This document shows, in pieces, positions 1 through 6,807 of a DNA stretch of 20,000 nucleotides. The stretch is from an uncultured virus (IMG/VR IMGVR_UViG_2713896875_000003) (Duplodnaviria > Heunggongvirae > Uroviricota > Caudoviricetes): positions 52,394-72,393 of IMG/VR virus record IMGVR_UViG_2713896875_000003; one strand, 5' to 3'. The position numbers and the translations under genes were made by a program. Each line of letters opens with the position of its first letter. The first letter of the stretch is position 1. The notes under the pieces are model-generated. The model had not been told where the DNA came from and did no database searches. It was given only the letters and a program-made list of their open reading frames with translations.

Positions 1-414
1 TTGAAAGAAAAACATCAAAATATTGTAAATGGTAATTGTGACTTATCTATTCAATGTAAAAAAGTTGGAAAGAATTATATTCGAGTAGCAAAAGCACGTC
101 GCAAAGACTATATGCGTGATCAAGTTGATGATGACACCATTCTAGGAATTTTAGATACTATCACTGGAGTTTTTGGACGAACAGCAAAAACAACGAAGAA
201 AAAGCAAGATGAAATCGTTAAGCAATTAGAGCAAAACGAAGATATCTTGAAATCAGTAGAAGATACACCCAGTGAAAAAGCAACTGATGAAGTTAGTGAA
301 ACTAAGCCAACTAAACAAAAGGCAAAAGCGACAGCACCAGTTAATCAAGCGGCATCTAAAGTGGAACCAGCAAAAACAGCGAGTGTTCAACGCCGTATCA
401 AACCAAAAATTTAA
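1..414 (+). CDS. C-terminal fragment of a probable phage AAA/NTP-binding (Sak4-like) recombination/replication protein; 5' end outside the window
   Basis: ORF open from base 1; IVNGNCDLSIQCKKVG resembles the C-terminal strand of phage AAA_24-type ATPases, followed by a low-complexity K/E/A/T tail; sits directly before an SSB-like gene. Walker motifs are not visible in the window. Confidence 0.55.
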   Translation: MKEKHQNIVNGNCDLSIQCKKVGKNYIRVAKARRKDYMRDQVDDDTILGILDTITGVFGRTAKTTKKKQDEIVKQLEQNEDILKSVEDTPSEKATDEVSETKPTKQKAKATAPVNQAASKVEPAKTASVQRRIKPKI

Positions 415-464
415 AAGACAACAAAAAAATAAAACTAAAAATATATTGAAAAGAGGAATTTAAT

Positions 465-977
465 ATGGGATTAAAAGATTTAGCAAGTGAAGTATTGGCA
501 GGATTCGATCCAAAAACAGACAATCCAAATGCAGGAGATTTTGATGGACTTCCTGATGGTGAATATGATGTAACGTTGGAAAATGTAGAGCATAAAATTT
601 TCAATAGTGGTTGGGAAGCTTTGTCTTTTGCGAATGAAGTTACTATTGGTGAAGCTGCAGGGCGAAAGGAATTTATTAACTTAGGTTTTGATGAAAACGC
701 AGTGCCGTCTTTTGTATTAAATAAAAACATTAAATTAGTAGGGAAACTGGCAAGCGTTGTTGGTTTGCAATTGACTGATGATGATTGGGAAGATGAAGAA
801 ACACTTGCCGCAGCTTTTCAAGATGTAATCGGTAGTCAATATATTTTAGTGATTACCTCATCACCAAATAAAAAAGACCCATCAAAACCATATAAAAATT
901 ATGATTTTGTTGCGTATGAAGATGAATCAGAAGCCGATGATGTGTCTGTTATTTCTGATGAAGAAATTCCATTTTAA
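465..977 (+). CDS. Phage single-stranded DNA-binding-like protein (DUF669-like)
   Basis: RBS AGAGGA upstream of ATG; FDGLPDGEYDV motif; acidic C-terminal tail ending DEEIPF, typical of SSBs; located in the replication module. Confidence 0.7.
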   Translation: MGLKDLASEVLAGFDPKTDNPNAGDFDGLPDGEYDVTLENVEHKIFNSGWEALSFANEVTIGEAAGRKEFINLGFDENAVPSFVLNKNIKLVGKLASVVGLQLTDDDWEDEETLAAAFQDVIGSQYILVITSSPNKKDPSKPYKNYDFVAYEDESEADDVSVISDEEIPF

Positions 978-1000
978 AAATTAAGAAAGGGGCTTGGCCA

Positions 1001-2563
1001 ATGTTTACTTTTTATTGGTTGTACCAAAACAAAAATGATTGGCTAGCAGTTTTCAAAACAGATAACACGTATACTATCGCAAATGACAGAGAGAGCCTAA
1101 CACAGGCTCTTTCATCTGTCACTTATCTTGTTAGCTATGGTAATCATCGTGGAATAGATAAATTTTTGGCCAAAATTTTAACTGATGGAAAAAGTTCATT
1201 TTTACAAAAACAACTTTGTATTGATTTAAGCCAAGAAGCCAGAAATTGCACTATTGAAGAAATAGCGTTTAATTTACGTATGGATATTTCAGCGCAAACG
1301 TTAGAAGAATTTTGCAAGAAGCGAATTGACGTATGCGAAAAGATTTTTGAAGAACGTGAAGAATATTTAGAAACAAAATTCGAGATAGTGAAAGAATTTG
1401 ATTTATCACCGCGATCTGTGACAAAAACACGTGCAAATTTAGCTGCAGAAATTTTACAAGCTAAGAAAATGCCGAAGCGCCCCAATATTTTATTTTTTGA
1501 TATTGATAAAAATGTACCTAAGAACGAACTACCTGACCGCGTGTTAAATTTCTATGAATCAATAAAAAATAATTATAAGAATACGCTAGAGGAAAAACTC
1601 AAAACGGAAAAGTTCAAAATGACATTAGCAGGGTTAACGCATATCTACGGTTTTGGTGGGTTGCATGCAGCAAAAGAAAAATACAAAGGAAAAGGACATT
1701 TTTTACTTATAGATGTGAAGCAGTTCTTTCCAACTATTATTTTGAATAATAATTTTCTAAGTAGAAGTATAAAAAATCCTAGTGCTTTTTCTGATTTGTA
1801 CGATAAAAAGGTTCAGACAGAAAAACTAACTTACAAGACGTTAATTAACGCAGTGAATGGCTCAATGAATAATCCTTATTCAGCTATGTATGATCCACAA
1901 AAGTTTTTTTCAGTAACAGTTAGTGGTCAATTAATCATTACGCATTTGATTTTGGTTTTGGAACACTTTGTTGAAGAATTAATTCAAACTAACACTGACG
2001 GCATTCTTGTAAAGATAAATCCAATCATGGAGCCACTGATTCGGGATTTATTAAATCGTTGGTGTGAACAATTACATGTGAATGTGTCTGTAACATCAAT
2101 AAAACAGGTATGGCAAAAAGCGGTTAATGATTATGTGTTCCAAACAACTGATGGTGATTTTATTCGTAAAGGAATATTTGCGCCACCTACTTATTTATCT
2201 AATAATATGCCAATCGTAAGTGCTGGTGTGTTTGCAAATGTAGTTGCTAACATCAAACCACAAGATTTTGTTATCCAGCAATTCAAAAATGGCGACATTG
2301 AAGATTTTTATTATATTGGTAAATTACAAGGCGATTTTGAACACATCGAACAAAGAGTAAATCAAACGTACAAACGAATGAATAATACTGTGTGTGGAAT
2401 TGCAACCACGAACAAAAAATACGGTGGTGTTTTTCAAGTAAAAAAAGACTTACATTCAAAACTACCAGGTTCGCCAGATAAATTTTTATCTTCAAGTATA
2501 GCTACAAAAAAAGATATTGATGTTCAGTGGTATATTAACCAAATTGAAAAAAATATTTTCTAA
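1001..2563 (+). CDS. Divergent family-B DNA polymerase-like protein with an apparently inactivated 3'-5' exonuclease domain
   Basis: GFGGLH pre-A motif; motif A-like LLIDVKQFFP; motif B-like KTLINAVNG; VTVSGQL; motif C-like QTNTDGIL; QKAVNDY; KG; C-terminal IDVQWYI; flanked by SSB and primase-helicase. Confidence 0.8.
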   Translation: MFTFYWLYQNKNDWLAVFKTDNTYTIANDRESLTQALSSVTYLVSYGNHRGIDKFLAKILTDGKSSFLQKQLCIDLSQEARNCTIEEIAFNLRMDISAQTLEEFCKKRIDVCEKIFEEREEYLETKFEIVKEFDLSPRSVTKTRANLAAEILQAKKMPKRPNILFFDIDKNVPKNELPDRVLNFYESIKNNYKNTLEEKLKTEKFKMTLAGLTHIYGFGGLHAAKEKYKGKGHFLLIDVKQFFPTIILNNNFLSRSIKNPSAFSDLYDKKVQTEKLTYKTLINAVNGSMNNPYSAMYDPQKFFSVTVSGQLIITHLILVLEHFVEELIQTNTDGILVKINPIMEPLIRDLLNRWCEQLHVNVSVTSIKQVWQKAVNDYVFQTTDGDFIRKGIFAPPTYLSNNMPIVSAGVFANVVANIKPQDFVIQQFKNGDIEDFYYIGKLQGDFEHIEQRVNQTYKRMNNTVCGIATTNKKYGGVFQVKKDLHSKLPGSPDKFLSSSIATKKDIDVQWYINQIEKNIF

Positions 2564-2581
2564 GGCAGGTGAAAAAATAGT

Positions 2582-4435
2582 GTGTTAAATTTTATAAAAT
2601 TAAGCCCAGGCGAGAAAAAGCCAGACCAAAAAAGTTTGGATGATTTCTATACTGATTTATCAAAATTAGATAACGCAGCTATTTTGTTAAACAAAGAAAC
2701 AGTTGTTGTTGATTTTGATGAGTTCCCAGAAATTGGCCGTAAAATATTAGAAAAATATCCAACTATGGCTTTTGAAACCAAACGTGGTATTCACCTTTAC
2801 TATAAACGACCTGTCCAAATCAATGGCCATAAAATTTTATTAAAAAACTGGACCAAGAAATTAACGGTTTCAGGTGCACTAGTTGATTACAAAACAGGCA
2901 ATAAATCAACAGCAACAATTAAACAAAATGGCCAACTTAGAAAAATGCATGGCACATTTGAAATGTTTGATGATCTGCCTACTTTGCCACTCGAATTATT
3001 GCCAGTGAAAGTTAAAAATGTACTTGCTGGCATGAAAGAAGGAGCAAGAAACAGTTCGCTCTATTCTCATTTGATGACAGTTCGTGAAATGTACGAACTT
3101 GATTACGATACATTAATGAAAATAGCTGAATTTATTAATAATGATGTCTATGCAGAATCACTGCCAGCTACTGATATTCATGCATTGGTTAATTCGGTGA
3201 ATGAGAAAGAAATTCGCGAACAGTTATATCTTGATCCAAAAGACATGATCATAACGAGTGAAGCATTGGCCCAAGAGTTCCAAGTGAAGTTTTTCAATGG
3301 TTCAATTTTCCACAAGGAAGATAATTACTGGATTAATGACCGAAACAAACTATTAAGACAAATAGATAATCGCATAAAACTACTACCAGCGAAATGGAAA
3401 CAAATTTTAGACTTGTTACCAGTCAAAGGTGAATTGATTGAAGCTGCAGATTTCCCAATCCAGTTTCGTAATGATTTCATGTTGGACGGTGCCGAAATTA
3501 TACCAATGTCAACTAGAGAATTTACGCCTTTCTTTTTAGATGTTGATTACGATCCAGATGCATATGATAAAACAGTTGATGAATTTCTGGACTTTCTTGT
3601 TTCAGATAAGAAAGATTTACGTTTAATTGTTGAAGAGTTGCTTGGTCATATTTTAATGACTGCAGGTTTTCCGCATAAAGTATTTTTCTTGGTTGGCTCA
3701 TCTGGAGCAAACGGAAAATCAACTTTTTTAGAAATGCTCAATTCATTTATTGGTGATTTAGGTTTAAATCTGGCATTAGAACAATTCAACGACCAAACGT
3801 CGGTGATGGAATTAGAAGGTAAGCTTGTAAACATCGGAGATGATATTGATGCAGGCTATATGGAAAAATCAATGAATTTTAAAACATTGGCATCAGGAAA
3901 TACCATCATGGTTAGGCCAATTTATTCGAAGCCATATAAATTAAAGAATAAAGCAACGTTAATTTTCACAGCAAACGAAATGCCAACGTTTAAAGATAAA
4001 TCAGGTGGGATTGCTCGTCGTGTAGTAATTATTCCATGCGATAACAAAGTAAAAAAAGCAGATCCAAAAATTGATGAAAAATTATCTTCAGATAATGCAA
4101 AATCATATTTATTGAATATCGCTTTAAATGCAATGGAGCGGATTATTAACAATGGTGGCCAACTTTCTTCTTCCGAAACCGTAGCGAAAGTCACAGAAGA
4201 ATATTTTGTTGAAAGTGATTCTATTTTAACGTTTATTCATCAATGTGGGATTGACGAGAATATGACAACAAAAGGTGTTTATGATGAATACTTGAAAACA
4301 TGTGAAGAATCTGGAAGTAAGCCATATACACAAACGAAATTTACGCAACGTCTTAAATCTTTGGGCTATGAGAAAGCACAACGAAGAATGATGGGAAAAA
4401 AATATTACTATTATAAATTTAATGAAATAGAGTAA
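2582..4435 (+). CDS. Phage primase-helicase (N-terminal AEP/Prim-Pol-like domain, PriCT-like domain, P4/D5-type SF3 helicase)
   Basis: GTG start after GGCAGGTG; VVVDFD and TKRGIHLYY (AEP motifs); EGARNSSLY (PriCT-like); Walker A GSSGANGKST; Walker B VNIGDD; motif C IFTANEMP; arginine finger IARR. Confidence 0.9.
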   Translation: MLNFIKLSPGEKKPDQKSLDDFYTDLSKLDNAAILLNKETVVVDFDEFPEIGRKILEKYPTMAFETKRGIHLYYKRPVQINGHKILLKNWTKKLTVSGALVDYKTGNKSTATIKQNGQLRKMHGTFEMFDDLPTLPLELLPVKVKNVLAGMKEGARNSSLYSHLMTVREMYELDYDTLMKIAEFINNDVYAESLPATDIHALVNSVNEKEIREQLYLDPKDMIITSEALAQEFQVKFFNGSIFHKEDNYWINDRNKLLRQIDNRIKLLPAKWKQILDLLPVKGELIEAADFPIQFRNDFMLDGAEIIPMSTREFTPFFLDVDYDPDAYDKTVDEFLDFLVSDKKDLRLIVEELLGHILMTAGFPHKVFFLVGSSGANGKSTFLEMLNSFIGDLGLNLALEQFNDQTSVMELEGKLVNIGDDIDAGYMEKSMNFKTLASGNTIMVRPIYSKPYKLKNKATLIFTANEMPTFKDKSGGIARRVVIIPCDNKVKKADPKIDEKLSSDNAKSYLLNIALNAMERIINNGGQLSSSETVAKVTEEYFVESDSILTFIHQCGIDENMTTKGVYDEYLKTCEESGSKPYTQTKFTQRLKSLGYEKAQRRMMGKKYYYYKFNEIE

Positions 4436-4436
4436 A

Positions 4437-4716
4437 AGCCCTACTTTTCGTAAAAAGCCCCACTTTGTCCCTACTTTTTTTACAAAAGTAGGGCTCGTGA
4501 AAACCATTGGTGTTATTGGTTTTATATACTATTGTCCCTACTATCCCTACTTTTTTTTATTACTTAAAGAAAAAAAGAAGAATAATAGTATATATATTAT
4601 ATATAAGATAATCAAAAAAAGTGAGGCTTCTGGGGCTTGCAAGCTAAAACCATTGAGAGAGTAAGGTTTTGCATGTCCCTACTTTTAAAATAAAAGTGGG
4701 GACAAAGTAGGGACAG
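4437..4716. repeat. Probable phage replication origin: about 10 CCC(T/C)ACTTT iterons in both orientations around an AT-rich core
   Basis: Plus-strand copies at 4439, 4458, 4469, 4536 (partial), 4545, 4677; minus-strand copies at 4485, 4618 (variant), 4693, 4704; TATATATATTATATATA tract at about 4589-4605; directly downstream of primase-helicase. Confidence 0.75.
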
Positions 4717-4745
4717 CCACACTTTTTAGAATAAGGGGTGAGAAG

Positions 4746-5165
4746 TTGAAAGACGAAACAAAAAAGAAAAAATATTTTCTTAAACGTTATCGAAACTATC
4801 TTACAAGGATCAATCGATTAGAAGAGCAGCTTGTTTCTGTAAATGAACGTTTGGTAGGTTTACAGTCAAAAGTAATGTCTGATATGCCTAGTGGAGGTTT
4901 ACCAATAACAAAAGATGATTTATTGGAAAAGAAAGAAGAGCTACAGCATAGAATTGATACTTTAACAAACACATCTAAAAAAGTCAGACGAGAAATTTTA
5001 GATTGTATTGATACGCTTGATGATTTTCGCTTTGCTGAAATACTTGAAGCATATTTTATTGAAATAAAAACACTAGAAGAAATTGCGGAAGAGAAGCATT
5101 ATTCAATAAGACATTGTGGTTTTCTATATGCTAAAGCTTTAGAAACAATCAATGTTGATGAGTAA
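4746..5165 (+). CDS. RinA/ArpU-family (DUF1492-like) late transcriptional activator
   Basis: TTG start after AAGGGGTG; KYFLKRY...SDMPSGG; C-terminal sigma-r4-like HTH ILEAYFIEIKTLEEIAEEKHYSIRH; last gene before the packaging module. Confidence 0.85.
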   Translation: MKDETKKKKYFLKRYRNYLTRINRLEEQLVSVNERLVGLQSKVMSDMPSGGLPITKDDLLEKKEELQHRIDTLTNTSKKVRREILDCIDTLDDFRFAEILEAYFIEIKTLEEIAEEKHYSIRHCGFLYAKALETINVDE

Positions 5166-5172
5166 AACACTT

Positions 5173-5250
5173 CATTTTTATAGCATTTTTAGTTCATTTT
5201 GATAACACTTTTATCTCATGTTTATATCTAAAAAAATGAGGTACTATGAT
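5173..5250 (+). promoter_or_regulatory. Probable late promoter: five 11-bp-phased CA(T/C)(T/G)TT repeats (activator sites) and a -10-like TATGAT without a clear -35
   Basis: Repeats start at 5173, 5184, 5195, 5206, 5217; TATGAT at 5245-5250; lies between the activator gene and the first late gene. Confidence 0.65.
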
Positions 5251-5266
5251 ATTGTCAAAAAATATC

Positions 5267-5307
5267 AAAGACGGCAGCTATTCGTTTAGTTGTCGTCTTT
5301 TCATTTT
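5267..5307 (+). terminator. Stem-loop (terminator-like or leader hairpin)
   Basis: AAAGACGGCAGCTA-ttcgtt-TAGTTGTCGTCTTT, a 14-bp stem with two G-U pairs, followed by TCATTTT. Confidence 0.6.
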
Positions 5308-5322
5308 GAAAGGAGATAAACA

Positions 5323-5730
5323 ATGCGTGTATTAATTAGAAGTTCAGCATCTGGTTCAGAGTATTGGGATACCGAAGAAAAAAGAAATGTGTTTGTTCCT
5401 AAAGGCCAAGAACCAGATTTTGAAGTTACTGAAAATCCCGAATCAATGCTAAGTAAAGAAGCTGATTTATATGTTAGTGGTTTACCAATCACTGTAGGAA
5501 ATGAAACGGTTGATACTGATGGAATTAAAGGTGAACGATTATTAACAACTGCAACTGCAAGTGCTGATGATGAAGAACAAGATGAACTTGTTCCGTCTGA
5601 TGAATCTGTTGTATTAGAAGAAATGAATGTAAAAGAATTGCGTGAATATGCAAAACGAAAAGGTATTGAGATTCCAAGTGCTGCACGTGCAAAAGGTGAC
5701 ATTCTCAATATTATTAAAAAATCTGAATAA
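5323..5730 (+). CDS. Hypothetical protein with a C-terminal HeH/Rho-N/SAP-like helix-extended-helix motif
   Basis: RBS AAGGAG; C-terminal LEEMNVKELREYAKRKGIEIPSAARAKGDILNII; acidic linker; stop codon overlaps the HNH start (TAATG). Confidence 0.7.
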   Translation: MRVLIRSSASGSEYWDTEEKRNVFVPKGQEPDFEVTENPESMLSKEADLYVSGLPITVGNETVDTDGIKGERLLTTATASADDEEQDELVPSDESVVLEEMNVKELREYAKRKGIEIPSAARAKGDILNIIKKSE

Positions 5731-6107
5731 TGCGTTATTGTCAGTTTGAAGGTTGCTCTAATACAACAGAAAAAGGGGCTTATTGTTCCGAACATGCTAG
5801 GGAGTCTAGAAAAAAGAAAAAGCCAAGCAATGTTTATCATCATGACAACAAATCATTTTATCGAACAAAAGCATGGCAAGATGTCGCTGACTTTGTCTAT
5901 GAAAGAGAAAACGGTTGTTGTCAAAGGTGTGGTCGTTTTGTGTTTGGAAGGCAAGCACATCGGCATCATATAATACCAATCAAGAAGAACGAAATGCTCA
6001 AACTTGATCCAAACAATATTCGTTTGTTGTGTCCGAAGTGTCATGTGATTGAAGAAAATGAAGTAGATGAGAAAAAAGTTTTTCCATCTTATTTTAGGAG
6101 GAAGTAA
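5730..6107 (+). CDS. HNH endonuclease, terminase-associated (HK97 gp74-like)
   Basis: N-terminal CQFEGC...YCSEH; FYRTKAW; CQRC...HRHHIIP...NNIRLLCPKCH; just upstream of terS. Confidence 0.92.
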   Translation: MRYCQFEGCSNTTEKGAYCSEHARESRKKKKPSNVYHHDNKSFYRTKAWQDVADFVYERENGCCQRCGRFVFGRQAHRHHIIPIKKNEMLKLDPNNIRLLCPKCHVIEENEVDEKKVFPSYFRRK

Positions 6108-6109
6108 AT

Positions 6110-6235
6110 ATTAAACAGCAGTTAACAAAGCATTGGTGTATCAATCCTAAATGTAAATGGGAAATAAAAACACACAAATTGTTGGAAGGTTTAAAATGTC
6201 CGAAATGTAATTATCCAACTCAATTAAAAATTTAA
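6110..6235 (+). CDS. Small Cys4 zinc-ribbon protein (41 aa) with an ATT start, or a pseudogene with a mutated ATG; absent from the ORF track
   Basis: AGGAGG at 6096-6101, then ATT at 6110; translation IKQQLTKHWCINPKCKWEIKTHKLLEGLKCPKCNYPTQLKI*. Confidence 0.55.
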   Translation: MKQQLTKHWCINPKCKWEIKTHKLLEGLKCPKCNYPTQLKI

Positions 6236-6244
6236 AAAAATGAA

Positions 6245-6343
6245 GCCCCCCTATCAAATTTGATTCAAAATTTTTGTCGGGGGATAGGGTAGGGGGCAGT
6301 CACGCGTGTCGTTAGGTCAAAAATTTTAAAAATAAAAGGGGGG
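6245..6343. other. Candidate cos (cohesive end/packaging) region
   Basis: GC-rich core GGGGGATAGGGTAGGGGGCAGTCACGCGTGTCG flanked by inverted repeats (AAAATTTTTG 6267-6276 / CAAAAATTTT 6318-6327; C6 6246-6251 / G6 6338-6343), located between HNH and terS. Confidence 0.65.
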
Positions 6344-6354
6344 TGTATAAAAAA

Positions 6355-6807
6355 ATGACCACAAAAGCGCAACGCAAAGCGATTATTGATGAAAAAGTTA
6401 ATCACGAAAAAGCGCGAATTTTAGAAATTATGCGCAAGTCTGATTTATACACTATTACTCTTGATCCATTAATTGAATCATACTTGGATATTTTTGAAGT
6501 TTACCAATACAAATACATGCTGTGGAAAGAAAAAGGATTTCCCGAAACCCAAAAAACAACAAATAAGGCTGGAGCTACTAACAATAGCAAGCATCCATTA
6601 GCGCAACAAGTCGAAGTTTGGGCCGATAAAAAAATGAAAGCATTGGATTTATTAGGATTGACCAATAAGTCAAAAACAGGCAGACAAATTACTGGTGGTT
6701 CAACAGCTAGAGCAGATGAAGAAATGAAACGGCCAGAAGAAAAGCCTGTAGATGAATTGGCAGAACATCGGAAAAAATGGCGTAAAAAGGCAGGGAATGA
6801 AACATGA
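6355..6807 (+). CDS. terS: Terminase small subunit (P27 family)
   Basis: ATG at 6355 after GGGGGTG is preferred over GTG 6343; TNKAGATNNSKHPL and LDLLGLT motifs; overlaps the terL start (ATGA). Confidence 0.9.
   Translation: MTTKAQRKAIIDEKVNHEKARILEIMRKSDLYTITLDPLIESYLDIFEVYQYKYMLWKEKGFPETQKTTNKAGATNNSKHPLAQQVEVWADKKMKALDLLGLTNKSKTGRQITGGSTARADEEMKRPEEKPVDELAEHRKKWRKKAGNET

Noticed and set aside
1001..2563. PolB considered as a protein-primed (phi29-like) or pipolin primer-independent polymerase
   Set aside because: No terminal-protein context or obvious TPR insertions; it sits beside a dedicated primase-helicase in a cos-type siphovirus
4437..4716. Repeat cluster considered as a CRISPR or mini-array
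   Set aside because: Repeats are about 9-12 bp, in both orientations and irregularly spaced, with no cas genes; they fit origin iterons better
5730..6107. HNH gene considered as a homing endonuclease or defence nuclease
   Set aside because: Size, motifs and position upstream of terS match the ordinary terminase-associated HNH
6279..6343. G-runs considered as a G-quadruplex element
   Set aside because: Only three closely spaced G-runs, the fourth being about 40 nt away; better explained as cos and the terS RBS
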